From Candidatus Latescibacterota bacterium (GTDB lineage: Bacteria; Latescibacterota; UBA2968; GCA-2709665): 64,000 bases of DNA. The stretch lies in NCBI GenBank assembly GCA_963667175.2, contig CAXXXF010000015.1:640001-704000 (forward strand), read 5' to 3'. The notes under the pieces are model-generated. The model was not told where the DNA came from and did not search any database. It worked only from the letters and a program-made list of their open reading frames with translations. The position numbers were made by a program, and so were the translations under genes. Of the stretch, positions 31,496 to 42,612 are shown in pieces. Every line of letters begins with the position of its first letter. Positions within the stretch are counted from its first letter, which is position 1.

Positions 31496-31825
31496 TTGGC
31501 GGCCTCGTAAGTGAAGGGGTGACAGAAACACATCGGTCATTATCAATACCTATGGAATATATAGCGAATACTGTGCCAGAAATAACAATCGGCCCGTCAA
31601 TGTTCGTTTTTTTGGGTGATTGCGGGCGTTTTTCGGGCACAAGCTGAACGCTGGACGCGGTCAAGTGCGGTAAAATGTGTTCAAATCCACCACACCGTGT
31701 GAAAAATCAGGTGAAATTCGCCCGCTCGCCGGACGGGGTCGGATGAATCCTGACCATCCGTTCCGGCGGCACGATCTCACCGGACCCACGCCGAAGCATT
31801 ACAGATCGCGGGAGGCGGTAGCCAT

Positions 31826-33112
31826 ATGCTGGATCTGAACCGGATTCGGGAGGATCCCGGGGGCGTCAGGCAGGCGCTGTTGAAACGCATGGACGCGGTG
31901 GATTTTGCGGACTTGCTCCAGTGGGACCGGGACCGGAGAGCACTCATTGCCAGAATCGGGGGCCTGCGCGAACGTCGAAACAAGGTCTCCGCGCAGATCC
32001 CGCAGATGAAAAAGGCGGGCCGGGACACGACCGAAATCCAGAATGAAATGAAGGCGGTTTCCGGGAACATCAGGACGCTTGAGGCGGAACTGTCGGAATT
32101 TGAACGCCGTATCCGATGCTTTCTGGAGGAACTGCCCAATGTTCCGGCAAACGACGTGCCCCCGGGAGGGAAGGAGAACAACGAGGTCGTTCGAACCTGG
32201 GGTGATATGCCGGAACTGGCGGAAGGGGGCAAAGACCACGTCGAGCTTGTTACCTCGCTGGGGCTGATCGACTACGAGCGGGGCGTGAAAATGGGCGGCG
32301 CCGGCTTCTGGCTCTACCGGGGCGACGGCGCCCGCCTGGAATGGGCGCTCCTGAACTACTTCGTCGAAGCGCACCTCCGCGACGGCTACGAATTTGTGCT
32401 GCCGCCGCACCTGCTCACCTACGACTGCGGTTACACCGCCGGGCAGTTTCCCAAGTTTGCTGACGACGTGTTTCTTCTGAAGCGGGAAAGCGAAAAGGAG
32501 TCGCGGTTCCTTTTGCCAACGTCCGAGACCGCCCTGATCAACTTCCATCGGGACGAAATCCTGCCCGAAGCGGACCTGCCCCGGAGATACTTCTCCTATA
32601 CGCCCTGCTACCGGAGAGAGGCCGGCAGCTATCGGGCCCAGGAACGCGGCATGATTCGCGGACACCAGTTCAACAAGGTCGAGATTTTCCAGTTCACGCG
32701 CCCGGAAGACTCCGATCGTGCCCTGGAAGAGCTGATTGCCAAGGCCGAAGGCCTGGTTCAGGGTCTGGAGTTGCACCACCGCGTTTCCATGCTGGCCGCC
32801 CAGGATGCCAGCGCGGTGATGGCCAAGACCTACGACGTGGAGATCTGGATTCCGAGCATGGGAGAATACAAGGAGGTCAGTTCCGCATCCAACGCGAGCG
32901 ACTACCAGGCCCGGCGCGGCCGTATCCGGTTCAAACGCGCCGAGACGGGGCGGAATGAATTCGTGCACACGCTCAACGCCTCAGGCCTGGCGACCAGCCG
33001 CCTGATTCCAGCCATTGTCGAGCAGACCCAGCGACCTGACGGCTCGGCAGTCATTCCGAGAGTCCTTCGCCCGTATATGGGCGGGCAGGAAGTCCTGGAA
33101 CCCGCGGCCTGA
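31826..33112 (+). CDS. serS: Serine--tRNA ligase
   Basis: N-terminal coiled coil, GQFPKF, PTSE, CYRREAGS, RGHQFNKVE, KTYDVE, HTLNASGLA. Confidence 0.97.
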   Translation: MLDLNRIREDPGGVRQALLKRMDAVDFADLLQWDRDRRALIARIGGLRERRNKVSAQIPQMKKAGRDTTEIQNEMKAVSGNIRTLEAELSEFERRIRCFLEELPNVPANDVPPGGKENNEVVRTWGDMPELAEGGKDHVELVTSLGLIDYERGVKMGGAGFWLYRGDGARLEWALLNYFVEAHLRDGYEFVLPPHLLTYDCGYTAGQFPKFADDVFLLKRESEKESRFLLPTSETALINFHRDEILPEADLPRRYFSYTPCYRREAGSYRAQERGMIRGHQFNKVEIFQFTRPEDSDRALEELIAKAEGLVQGLELHHRVSMLAAQDASAVMAKTYDVEIWIPSMGEYKEVSSASNASDYQARRGRIRFKRAETGRNEFVHTLNASGLATSRLIPAIVEQTQRPDGSAVIPRVLRPYMGGQEVLEPAA

Positions 33113-33131
33113 AACGCAAATGCGCCGGGCG

Positions 33132-34526
33132 TTACAGGCCAAGAATGCGGTTTGCGGTCTGTATCGCCTGTCTGACGCAGTCGGGCACGGAGGAGCCCCG
33201 GTATGCGCTGCCGGTGAGATACAGGCCCGGTTGTTCCGACAGGTGCGATTCCAACTTCGCAACCCGGTCCAGGTGTCCCAAGTCGAACTGGGGCCTTCCC
33301 TTCCGCCAGCGGTGAATCCGGGAAAACAACGGCTTCGCGGTCAGGCCCATCACGCGAGCAAGATCTTCTCTGACGGCACGCACGAGCATTTCGTCGGACA
33401 TCTCAATCACGTCTTCCTGCGCGTCCCTGCCGACAAATCCCCTGAGCAACACCCCGTCGTCCGGCGCCCGGTGGTCCAGCTTGGACGACACCCAGGTGCA
33501 TCCCGTGATTCGGAGACCCTCCGATCGCGGAACCAGGAATCCGAATCCGTCGAGGTTATGCTGGTCGAGAACGTCGGCCTTCCGCCACGCCAGCGCCACG
33601 GTACCGGAGGAGACGTACCGGACCTGCCGCAGCCGAGCCGACAGCGATGGCGCGATCCCGTCCAGCAGACCGGCCGCTGCATACGCCGGCGCGGCCAGTA
33701 CCACGGCATCGGTTTGCAGAGAGTCCCCGCCAAGCGACACCTCAAATCCACGCTTGCGCCTCGCCAGGCCCGTTACCCGGCAGTTTGTGCGCAGGTCGCC
33801 GCGGAGCCGGTCCACAATCGACTCGACGAGTTCTCCGAGACCTCCGATCAGGGTCTGGAACATCGGTTGCGACGGTCCGCCGCCTCCTGAAGACGCATGG
33901 TGTTTCCGTACGGCCCGCACGGCCCTGACCAGGCTGCCGTATTTGCGCTCCATTTCAGCAAACTGGGGAAAGGTTGCCAGCAGGCTCAGCTTTTCCGGAT
34001 CCGCACCGTGGATGCCCGCAAGCATCGGCCCCCCGATCTTATCCAGGGCCTCCTGCCCCAGGCGCCGCCGGACAAACGACGCCAAGCTCTCGTCGTCCGC
34101 GGCTTTGCGGGGCGGGACAAAACGCTCCAGACCCATCCGCAGCTTGCCTCGAATGGAGAAGAGCGGGGAGCGGACGATCGGCAGGAACCGGGACGGTACC
34201 AGGGCGAAGTCTTCGGGAAACGGCGCCAATTCACCCGCCTGCACCAGGAAGGTCTTCCGCCGTTCCTCGTTCGGCGCAATCAGCCGGTCCTCGAGCCCCA
34301 GGTCCAGACAGAGCCCGACGCCCCACGGCTTTCGCGTCAAAAGCAAATCGGGTCCACCCTCTATGGTGAACCCGTTGATCCGCTCGGTCAGGATTTCCCC
34401 GCCCCATCGCCCCGAGGCCTCAACCAGCGTGTAATCGACCTCCTTGCCGTGGGCTTCGGCCTTTTCCTGGAGATAATAGGCCGTTGCCAGCCCGGCGATT
34501 CCTCCGCCAGCGATGGTCACATGCAT
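33132..34526 (-). CDS. hemG: HemY-type (copro/proto)porphyrinogen oxidase
   Basis: GGGIAGL FAD motif, [25 protein letters not shown], in a hemE-hemH operon. Confidence 0.93.
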   Translation of the reverse strand: MHVTIAGGGIAGLATAYYLQEKAEAHGKEVDYTLVEASGRWGGEILTERINGFTIEGGPDLLLTRKPWGVGLCLDLGLEDRLIAPNEERRKTFLVQAGELAPFPEDFALVPSRFLPIVRSPLFSIRGKLRMGLERFVPPRKAADDESLASFVRRRLGQEALDKIGGPMLAGIHGADPEKLSLLATFPQFAEMERKYGSLVRAVRAVRKHHASSGGGGPSQPMFQTLIGGLGELVESIVDRLRGDLRTNCRVTGLARRKRGFEVSLGGDSLQTDAVVLAAPAYAAAGLLDGIAPSLSARLRQVRYVSSGTVALAWRKADVLDQHNLDGFGFLVPRSEGLRITGCTWVSSKLDHRAPDDGVLLRGFVGRDAQEDVIEMSDEMLVRAVREDLARVMGLTAKPLFSRIHRWRKGRPQFDLGHLDRVAKLESHLSEQPGLYLTGSAYRGSSVPDCVRQAIQTANRILGL

Positions 34527-34574
34527 TTCGGCACCTCAACACGGCGTCGGCACGCGGACCGGAGGCGTCCGGAT

Positions 34575-35513
34575 TCAGGGGCAGGACGTTTCAATCAGCT
34601 TCTCTTCGACAGCATCGGCCACGGCTTCGATGAACGTGGGATCGCTATTCATGGACGCAATGCGCCTCACGTCGATCCCCCTCGGTCTGGCGATCTCCTG
34701 AAGGCCGATATCGATATCGTACAGGATTTCCACGTGGTCGCATACGAATCCGATGGGCGCCACGAGCACCTTCCGGTATCCCTGTTCAGCAAGGTCCGGG
34801 ATCACGTCTTCGATCTGAGGGCCCAGCCACGGTTCTCCCGTATGAGCGGCGCTCTGATAGGAAAACATCCAGTCCACGTCTCCAAGGCGTTCCGCCACCG
34901 CGTTCGCATTTCCCATCAGTTCGTCGTCGTAGGGATCGCCCATCTTCAGCAGGCGCGCCGGGAGGCTGTGCGCCGTAAAAACGACCTTCACCGCATTCAG
35001 CCGCGACCCGGAGAACGACGCCAGTCCCGCGCGAACGTGTGCGACCTGAGCATCGAGCAACGCCGGTTGCCGCCACCAGGAATCCACGAACGAGAACCGT
35101 ATCCGGCTTCCCGCCGTTTTCGCGGACGCATCGACCGCCTCCCGGTACCGTCCGATGCTCAGGCGGGAGTAGTGCGGGGCCATGACAATGGCCACCCCCT
35201 CCTCCACGCCATCCTCGCTCATCCGGCGCACGGTGTCCCCAATCCAGGGCGACCAGTGCCGCATGCCCACGTAAACGCGCACGTCGTGCCCGCGGGCCCG
35301 CAACGTCCGTTCGGTGCAGGCCGCCTGTCCAAACGTGTTTTCGTCGAGCGGCGACCTGCCGCCGATCCGCGCGTACCGGCGCCTGAATTCGGCCACGAAT
35401 TCGCGGGACATCGGACGCCCGCCCCGGATATCGTTCAGGTACGCCTCCACGTCGTCCAGGGAATCCGGACTGCCGTACGCGAGCATCAGCACAGCATTTC
35501 TTGCCATGGTCAC
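34575..35513 (-). CDS. hemH: Ferrochelatase
   Basis: AYGSP, IGGRSPL, GMRHW, FTAHSLP, SYQS, WLGP, GFVCDHVEILYDID. Confidence 0.95.
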   Translation of the reverse strand: MTMARNAVLMLAYGSPDSLDDVEAYLNDIRGGRPMSREFVAEFRRRYARIGGRSPLDENTFGQAACTERTLRARGHDVRVYVGMRHWSPWIGDTVRRMSEDGVEEGVAIVMAPHYSRLSIGRYREAVDASAKTAGSRIRFSFVDSWWRQPALLDAQVAHVRAGLASFSGSRLNAVKVVFTAHSLPARLLKMGDPYDDELMGNANAVAERLGDVDWMFSYQSAAHTGEPWLGPQIEDVIPDLAEQGYRKVLVAPIGFVCDHVEILYDIDIGLQEIARPRGIDVRRIASMNSDPTFIEAVADAVEEKLIETSCP

Positions 35514-36545
35514 CTATCCATACGCGTGCACGAAGTCGACCAGCGCGGCCACGTGCTCGACCGGCGTGTGCTGCAGGATACCGTGGCCGAGGTTGAAGAT
35601 GTGTCCCGGCCGCCCCCGGACGCTGTCCAGGATCCGGGCGGCGCGCCGTTCGATCACGGGCGCCGGCGCAAAGAGCACCGTGGGATCCAGATTCCCCTGC
35701 ACGGCCACGCCCCCCCCCAACCGGTCCCATGCTTCGTCGAGTTCGATGCGCCAGTCCACCCCGATCACGTCGCCGCCCGCGCGCTTCAGGAGCGGCAGCA
35801 TACCGGATGTTCCCGTTCCGAAATGGATCACCGGCGCGTCGCACGTATCGGCGACCATCTGTATTGCCCGCCGCGTGTGCGGCAGAACGTATTCCGCGTA
35901 ATCCGCGGGGCTCAACGCGCCCGCCCAACTGTCGAACAGCTGCAGCGCCTGCGCCCCGGCCGCCGCCTGGGCCTGAAGATAGTCTCCGACGGCCGTAGAC
36001 ATCTTCTCCATCAGGCGCCGCCATGTCTCCGGCTGCTCGTACATGAGGCCCTTGGCAAGCCGGTAGTCGCGCGAAGCGCCGCCTTCCACCGCGTAACAAA
36101 CCAGCGTGAACGGCGCGCCGGAAAACCCGATCAGCGGAACCCTGTCGTCCAGTGCGCGGCGGACCTCGCGGATGGCCGCCGCGGCGAAGTCCATGGCGTC
36201 TGCCGCGGGACGAACGGTGAGGGCTTCCACGTCCGCGGCCGTCCGGACCGGGTTGTGGATCACGGGCCCCGCGCCCCCGATGTACTCCAGTTCCAGGCCC
36301 ATCGGCTCCAGGAGCGGCAGGATATCCTGGAAGATAATGGCCGCGTCCACGTTAAACGCATTCACGGGCTGCAACGTGATCTCGGTGGCGATCTCAGGCG
36401 TCTTCACCATCTCCAGAAAGGCGTGCCGCTCCTTCAAATTCCGGTATTCGCGCATATACCGGCCGGCCTGGCGCATCAGCCAGACGGGCGTCGCGTCCAC
36501 CGCCTCTCGGCGGCATGCTTTCAGGAAACGGTCGGCTCGGGACAT
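35514..36545 (-). CDS. hemE: Uroporphyrinogen decarboxylase
   Basis: [40 protein letters not shown]. Confidence 0.97.
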   Translation of the reverse strand: MSRADRFLKACRREAVDATPVWLMRQAGRYMREYRNLKERHAFLEMVKTPEIATEITLQPVNAFNVDAAIIFQDILPLLEPMGLELEYIGGAGPVIHNPVRTAADVEALTVRPAADAMDFAAAAIREVRRALDDRVPLIGFSGAPFTLVCYAVEGGASRDYRLAKGLMYEQPETWRRLMEKMSTAVGDYLQAQAAAGAQALQLFDSWAGALSPADYAEYVLPHTRRAIQMVADTCDAPVIHFGTGTSGMLPLLKRAGGDVIGVDWRIELDEAWDRLGGGVAVQGNLDPTVLFAPAPVIERRAARILDSVRGRPGHIFNLGHGILQHTPVEHVAALVDFVHAYG

Positions 36546-36631
36546 AGGCAGGGGATCGCGTCGGAAGCTAACAGGCGCAAAACCAGAAACTTGGGCGTCA
36601 GCCTGGCTATGCGACGGGTTTCATCATGATT

Positions 36632-36667
36632 CAAACAAAGCAGGGGCACGACGTTCCGTGCCCCTGC
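36632..36667 (-). terminator. Intrinsic terminator after clpP
   Basis: GCAGGGGCACG...CGTGCCCCTGC 11-bp stem followed by TTTGTTTG on the minus strand. Confidence 0.7.
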
Positions 36668-36690
36668 CGAATCGCAAAATCAGCGCGCTG

Positions 36691-37308
36691 CTACGCTTCA
36701 AGTTCGTTGAAATGCGTGACCACTTTGCTGATCAGACCGTATTTGACCGCTTCCTGTGCGGACATCCAGTAGTCCCGGTCCGTATCTTCCACGACTTTGT
36801 CCAGCGGCTGGCCGGTCTCCTGGGCATACAGTTCGTTGATCCGCTCGCGAAGGATGAGAATCTGTTCCGCCGTGCGTTTGACGTCTTCCGCGGTGCCCAC
36901 CATCCGCATGGAGGGCTGATGGATCATGATTCGCGCGTTCGGCAGGGCGAACCGGTTCCCTTTTTCCGCGGCCAGCATGATCACCGTGGCCGCGCTGGCG
37001 GACAACCCCACGCTGACGATTCTCACCGGCGGGCGGATGAAGCGAATCAGGTCGTATATGGCGAAGCCGTCGTCCGCGCTGCCCCCCGGCGAGTTGATCA
37101 GAATCGTAATCGGTTTTTCCGGATCGTCGCTGTCCATCAGCAACAACTGGGCGATCACCCGCGTTGTCAACTTATGGTCGATCGGGTCGGATATCAGAAT
37201 GGTTCGCGCCTTGATCAGGCTCCTGACGACGAACTCGCCCTGACCCCCGGGCTGCGCTTCCTCCTCTTCTTCCTCTGCCGGATCTTCGTTCAATGGGTAC
37301 TCGTGCAT
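36691..37308 (-). CDS. clpP: ATP-dependent Clp protease proteolytic subunit
   Basis: INSPGG, catalytic Ser in GLSASAA, IMIHQP, DTDRDYWM; TTGACA-17-TAAATT promoter at 37377-37405. Confidence 0.95.
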   Translation of the reverse strand: MHEYPLNEDPAEEEEEEAQPGGQGEFVVRSLIKARTILISDPIDHKLTTRVIAQLLLMDSDDPEKPITILINSPGGSADDGFAIYDLIRFIRPPVRIVSVGLSASAATVIMLAAEKGNRFALPNARIMIHQPSMRMVGTAEDVKRTAEQILILRERINELYAQETGQPLDKVVEDTDRDYWMSAQEAVKYGLISKVVTHFNELEA

Positions 37309-37471
37309 CGCAACCCCTTCTTCCCACAAAAAACGCGTGATATGACGACCGGTTTGCCGGCTTTTGAAGCCCGCTCAATTTATCCTATAACCCCAGCATT
37401 GTCAAGGCCATTCCCCGGAATTGAACGCCTGCGCGAATGGAGCGGAAGAACGCGGGCGCTTCCACCGGAAC

Positions 37472-38731
37472 TCAGCCTCCCGCCATCGCCGCGCTGAGAA
37501 TCCGTGAGGTGCCGGGCCGCATGATGCGCGGGTCCACCGCCTCCCCCTTCAGCAGCATCTCCCGCACCTGTTTTCCTGAGATGAACACGGGCTGCTCGTC
37601 CGGATGGCTTTCCATCAGGTCCACCCGTCCCAGCGATTCGTAGAACGCGGCGAAGCCCACGTTCAGGGGGCGGATCTCCAGGTTGCCGTTCAGGCGATCG
37701 AACACCTCCTGCGCGTCGAAATCTCCCCAGATCGGGCTGCCGTCGTGATAGGGCGCGTCGGCGTGTTTGCGACCGATGATGATGTCGGTAAAGCCGAAGT
37801 TCTGGCGGTAGATCGCATGCATCACCGCCTCTTTCGGGCCAGCGTAGAACATCTTGATATCCAGCCCGATGAGAATCACCCGGTCGGGCACGGCCTCGCC
37901 CCTGGGCTCCCACAATCCGGCATCGCTGTCCCCCTCCCCCAGACCGCGGGACTCGATCAGCGCCTCGTAGGTCCGCATCCGGATTTCCGCGTTGACGTCG
38001 TCGGACTTGGTTTCTCCCACGAGGGGGTTCAGGCAGGCCCCGGCGTCGATCCCCTTCCGAATCAGGGTTTCCAGTCCGTGGACCAGGGCGTACTCGTGGG
38101 CCCGGTGCAGCGGGTTACGGGTCTGAAACGCGACCACCCGATCCCAGCCCGTTTCGGAGAGGCGCCTTCGGACCTCCGCGGGCGTGTGCATGTATTGACC
38201 GAACGCGGGATGCTTCGGTTGCGGCAATACCCTGATCGTTCCGCCCGCAAGGTGGGTCTTGTCCGCGTCTCCGTTCAGAACCATATCCGCGCCGGGATGG
38301 TCCTTTCGCTCGGTGAGGTAGACGCTTTTGAGATACGCGTGCTTGTCCCAGGGATACACGTCGCTGATCTCGAGAGTACCCGCAAGCTCGCCGTCCGGCC
38401 GCTCAAGGGCGGCCGTCTGCCCCACCTCCAGTTGTCCGGCCAGGTCGCTCGAAACCGGAAGCGCCAGCGGAATGGTCCACGCGTACAGCTTCCCGCGGGA
38501 ATCGATGACACATTCGTCAAGCACTCTGTGGTACGTCTCAGCGTCCATCGGACCGGTGAGCGGACTCAGCCCGCCGTCTCCGAATCGGTATACCGTGGAC
38601 AGATCTGCGTCGCTGACCGGAACGCGGGTCAGCTTCGCTGCATTCTCTCGAAACTCGTCCTGCCCGTCGTCCGGAACCATGCGGCAAACCGGCGCCGGCA
38701 GCCCACCATGCGGCGGTATCAAATCGGACAT
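37472..38731 (-). CDS. sat: Sulfate adenylyltransferase
   Basis: [44 protein letters not shown]. Confidence 0.95.
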   Translation of the reverse strand: MSDLIPPHGGLPAPVCRMVPDDGQDEFRENAAKLTRVPVSDADLSTVYRFGDGGLSPLTGPMDAETYHRVLDECVIDSRGKLYAWTIPLALPVSSDLAGQLEVGQTAALERPDGELAGTLEISDVYPWDKHAYLKSVYLTERKDHPGADMVLNGDADKTHLAGGTIRVLPQPKHPAFGQYMHTPAEVRRRLSETGWDRVVAFQTRNPLHRAHEYALVHGLETLIRKGIDAGACLNPLVGETKSDDVNAEIRMRTYEALIESRGLGEGDSDAGLWEPRGEAVPDRVILIGLDIKMFYAGPKEAVMHAIYRQNFGFTDIIIGRKHADAPYHDGSPIWGDFDAQEVFDRLNGNLEIRPLNVGFAAFYESLGRVDLMESHPDEQPVFISGKQVREMLLKGEAVDPRIMRPGTSRILSAAMAGG

Positions 38732-39057
38732 AGGTGAGACATTCCTCCAAATCTTCCCAGCGCGGCTTCACCTTGCTCGGCCGCAACTGATCTCAATTGA
38801 CTACGATGGGCGCCTCTGAATCATCCGGGAAACGCATCCATCGCACGCGCTTAACCTCTCAAAAAGGCGGTGTGAACGTGGGGCCTGCCTGCAGCGCAGT
38901 TCGCTGCGCAGGCAGGCGGACATTCCTGTCTGCACGCGTCACACTGGCCGTGAGCCGAGAAAATGGACGACCTCTACGCGCCGTTTTGCAGCCATGCCCT
39001 TTGTGCCTTTTGTGCTTTTTGTGGCCGATTTTTCGGTTGTCTTTTTTCGAACTGCGG

Positions 39058-39537
39058 TTAGATGATCAACCAAACCGCCATAGACAGGATCTGAAAGATA
39101 AACAGGATGATGGCCCAGAAGCCAAAGAGTTGTCTATGGTAGAGGGCTCTCTGATTGCGTATCGAGTACTCCCCGATTCGTTTGATCATCGTTGTTTTGA
39201 ATTCCAGCGTACTCAAGGTTTCGGTCGTGTTCTCTATGAACTCCTTGTAGAGGCCGTAGGGCGTGAACATCTCAAGTCGAATGCCGACTCGTCCGTAAAT
39301 ACACAGGATGAGTCCGGCAATAAAGAACAGTCCTGTGAAATAGATCGGGTAAGCAATTAGGGATTTCTCGAATGTTTTCGCCAACAGGCCCACGGAAACG
39401 ATGGTGGAGCCGTATAACGGGAGAATCCGGTGAAATAACCTGTTTAGCGTATCCCTGCTTTCATAGTGACTGAAAAAGGTCTGCAGGGTCAAACCATACA
39501 GCAAATCTACATTAGATTGTTCTGAATTGTCGGACAT
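39058..39537 (-). CDS. Hypothetical membrane protein (3 hydrophobic segments)
   Basis: AAGGAGA RBS, 159-aa ORF, AT-richer than its neighbours. Confidence 0.7.
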   Translation of the reverse strand: MSDNSEQSNVDLLYGLTLQTFFSHYESRDTLNRLFHRILPLYGSTIVSVGLLAKTFEKSLIAYPIYFTGLFFIAGLILCIYGRVGIRLEMFTPYGLYKEFIENTTETLSTLEFKTTMIKRIGEYSIRNQRALYHRQLFGFWAIILFIFQILSMAVWLII

Positions 39538-40224
39538 CCGGGTTCTCCTTTCTCGACCTCTCTGATTCACCAAAACGAAATTTACTTGGATGGACGGGAT
39601 GAAAACCAGACAGGCGGAAGAATGCGTCCTGTTCCCGATGGTCGCCCCATGGGGCGCATGACGTCAGAAATTGCAACACCGATACACCCGCTCCAAATCT
39701 ACGGCTTCTTATATGACTTGCCAATAGGTAACTTAATCAGGGTTTCCTGGCGCGCCTCCGCTATGCTCAGCCCTGCCTGCGCCGTGTCCGGCACGGCAGG
39801 CAGGCGCAATCCAATACGCGCAAGTGAATGCGTGCGCCCGGCAAACGGTCAAATCACTCCCCCCTTGAGGGGAGTCGTAGAAGCCGAGCCGGCGCCAGAG
39901 CCGGCGCCCTGAGCCTGTCGAAGGGTCGAAGGGCCGGCGACGGCTGATGCGGAGGGGGGATTTCAATGCCTTTCGTTAGCCGGGAGCATGAATAAAACAT
40001 GCACGCACTTTGCGTTGAAGTCTTACTGCAAGACTCTAAGCCCCCGCGCAGGGCAAAGAAAACCCCCTGAAAACAGGGGTGCGAGGGTTTCTCCGGCGAA
40101 CGAGCAGGCGGAGGTCGGATTGTACTCGGGCTACCGGTATGCATCGTGGCAATGCAATGTAGCTTGCGTCTCGAATCAGAAAGAGTTATATTTCGTCCAT
40201 AGATTTACCAATAGCGATAGAAAA

Positions 40225-40290
40225 GGTACCCCCCCGATGACAAGCGCCCAAGGGGCTCTCTCTGGCGACGGAGTAGTCGGGGGGGTCGTC
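40225..40290 (-). ncRNA. Candidate DUF3800-associated structured RNA
   Basis: CCCCCCCGA/TCGGGGGGG closing stem with an internal GCCC-CTT-GGGC hairpin, ~20 nt after the stop of a DUF3800-like gene. Confidence 0.45.
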
Positions 40291-40308
40291 TGTTTGTGGC
40301 ATAGGTAT

Positions 40309-40740
40309 TCAATAATAATTCGTGGCTTGATTCCGAAAGATGTCACTCTCGCTGCGAACTGCACTTTGGATCCGATCGTAGTAGGTCGTGTCGCCTCTTT
40401 GCCATTTTCGGAATATCGCCCAGCAACCATAGTCCGCAATCTGCAGACCATAATGTGAGCGTGATTCGTGATGTAATATGCGGTACTTCATCTTTTTCGG
40501 TAGAAACTCAGCCAACGCAAGTTGAACGCCTTTTTCGACTGCTCGTCGCCTCTTGTTTACTGGAATTTTATCGGTAATGACGATGAACTCTTCAGCATCA
40601 GTCGCCAACTCCTTGGGCGGCACATCCGCCAGCAGGCGGCCCAGCATTTCCGGGTAGAATCGTCTGTCTTCCCAAAGCGTCGGCGCTGTTTTCCTCTTCT
40701 CGATGACCAGGCTATCTATGCGCATACCATTGTGATACAT
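40309..40740 (-). pseudogene. DUF3800-like protein, 5'-truncated
   Basis: C-terminal S..HYGLQIADY.CWAIFRKW motif is present. The N-terminal acidic DESG-type motif is absent, and the upstream frame runs into the divergent antitoxin gene. Confidence 0.65.
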
Positions 40741-40762
40741 TTGAACAAAGAAGAGGGTGCGC

Positions 40763-41020
40763 ATGGCAAAGACGGAATTCATCCGAGCCCGAATAGAACC
40801 TGAGTTGAAGACCCAGGCCGAAGAGATATTTTCGAAGCTCGGATTGTCCCCCACCGATGCGATCACGCTGTTCTATGTGCGGGTCACCCTCCACGGAGGC
40901 TTGCCCTTCGCGGTGAGGATTCCTAACAACGAGACCATTGAGGCAATGCGGCAGGCTGGTACACGGGAGGGCCTAATCGAATACGCCGACCTGGATGCGC
41001 TCAAGGCGGAGCATGGTTGA
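40763..41020 (+). CDS. Type II antitoxin, RelB/DinJ family
   Basis: IRARIEPELK..AEEIF..LGL...AI..F......GLPF.V.IPN.ETIEAM; no intact toxin follows. Confidence 0.92.
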   Translation: MAKTEFIRARIEPELKTQAEEIFSKLGLSPTDAITLFYVRVTLHGGLPFAVRIPNNETIEAMRQAGTREGLIEYADLDALKAEHG

Positions 41021-41140
41021 TCCGGGTGCTTTCACCACAGATCGATTCGGTAAGGTTGCCAGCTCCTCTGCTACGCAGTGAATCTCAATCGTTGCGGTGT
41101 CGGAGGGCACGACTTTCAGACCAACAATATGAAGGCAAAG

Positions 41141-41172
41141 ACAAACCCCCGAGAGCGGAATTTTCGGGGGTT
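41141..41172. terminator. Hairpin terminator downstream of the cysteine desulfurase
   Basis: AACCCCCGAGA...TTTCGGGGGTT. Confidence 0.55.
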
Positions 41173-41260
41173 CTATGTTGTGTGCGGCCGACAGTCTGAT
41201 GCGCCGACAAATTCCCGCCTGGTCAGAACGATGTAACGAGGTGGGGGTAGGATTTGCGAT

Positions 41261-42439
41261 CTACAATATAGCAGTTTCGACCGTAACGGTCGCAAGGGCC
41301 TCGTTTAGCAGTCGGGCCGCGGTTTCGATTTCTTCGGTCGTCGTGAATCGGCCAAAACTGAAGCGGATGGACGCCTCGCTTTGTGCGTCCGATACGCCGA
41401 GGGCCCGGAGCACGTGCGACGGCTCGGGGATGCCCGTTGTACATGCCGCGCCGGTGGATGCGGCGAGGCGAGGCTGAAGGACGCCAAGGACGTCCTGCGC
41501 ATCGTGGCCGTCAAAGCAGATGTTCGCGTTGCCAGGATGGCGCCTGTCGCCGATTGGTCCGTTGACCGTGATTGGACATTCTCCTTTTTCCAACAGACCA
41601 ATGAAAGTATCGCGCAGGCCAGCCACACGTTTCCGTTCCTCCTCGGCGTCGCCGCTCGCAATAATCTCGGCGGCGGCCCCAAAACCCACGCAGAGTGGCA
41701 TCGGGACCGTGCCCGAACGGAGGCCCTCCTGCTGTCCGCCGCCATAGACCATCGGCTCGACTGAGTCCTTTAGATCACGGCGAATGTACAGCGCCCCGAT
41801 ACCCTGTGGGCCGTACATCTTATGAGCCGAAAGGCTGATCAGGTCGGCATGTGCGGCGAGATCGCTGATATCCATCGCGCACGGCGCCTGCGCCGCGTCG
41901 CAATGAAATACAATGCCGTGCGGTTCGAGCAATTCGGCAATCCGCGGGACGTCCTGAATGGTCCCCACTTCATTGTTGACAGCCATCACCGATGTAAGGA
42001 GAACGCGGTCGTCGACGAGCTTCTCCAATGCATCGAATTCCACAAACCCGTCGCTGTCAACCGGAATGGTCTCAACGGAGATGCCATGATTCTCGGCAAT
42101 CGCCCTGGCGGCCGCGATAACACACTTGTGTTCGATTGCGCTGAACAGTACTCGGTCCCGGTCGTCACTCCCGCGGCGCGCAAGACCTAGAATCGCCAGG
42201 TTGTTTGCTTCCGTCGCCCCTGACGTGAAGATAACCTCATCTCCGTCTGCGCCAATCAGAGTCGCGACCCATTCTGCCGCCTCGCGAACCGCCTCGCCTG
42301 CTCTCCACCCCACAATGTGGTCGCTGGAGTGCGGGTTTCCGAACGATTGGCTCCAATACGGGGCCATCTTGTCCAATACCCGTGCATCAACGGGTGTAGT
42401 CGCCTGATAATCGGCGTAGATGGTGTCAGGATGGTTCAT
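41261..42439 (-). CDS. dndA: Cysteine desulfurase, IscS/DndA/SspA type
   Basis: YADYQATTP, FGNPHS, FTSGATEANN, NNEVG, PLP-Lys SAHKMYGPQG, RSGT, catalytic Cys in STGAACTTG; divergent from DUF4007. Confidence 0.9.
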   Translation of the reverse strand: MNHPDTIYADYQATTPVDARVLDKMAPYWSQSFGNPHSSDHIVGWRAGEAVREAAEWVATLIGADGDEVIFTSGATEANNLAILGLARRGSDDRDRVLFSAIEHKCVIAAARAIAENHGISVETIPVDSDGFVEFDALEKLVDDRVLLTSVMAVNNEVGTIQDVPRIAELLEPHGIVFHCDAAQAPCAMDISDLAAHADLISLSAHKMYGPQGIGALYIRRDLKDSVEPMVYGGGQQEGLRSGTVPMPLCVGFGAAAEIIASGDAEEERKRVAGLRDTFIGLLEKGECPITVNGPIGDRRHPGNANICFDGHDAQDVLGVLQPRLAASTGAACTTGIPEPSHVLRALGVSDAQSEASIRFSFGRFTTTEEIETAARLLNEALATVTVETAIL

Positions 42440-42612
42440 TGTTTGCTCATCATGTTCTATCTGCAGAAATTACACAATGACTGTCATTGGCGCACGTACA
42501 CTCCCAAGCAATTTTTTATAATAAAAACAAATAGTTATACTAGGGAATGAGGACTATTGGTTAGGCTCTTAATCGAAGAATCCCTGAGAGAAAATCTGAA
42601 ACTCTTTTGCAA

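Noticed and set aside
31690-31820. T-box riboswitch upstream of serS
   Set aside because: A hairpin is present, but no T-box GGTGGnACC motif or terminator/antiterminator pair.
33897-36629. 910-aa plus-strand ORF
   Set aside because: Antisense to hemG, hemH and hemE.
37472-38731. sat as part of the DNA sulfur-modification system
   Set aside because: Lies outside the repeat-bounded island with host-like GC; PT sulfur comes from the cysteine desulfurase, so proximity is probably incidental.
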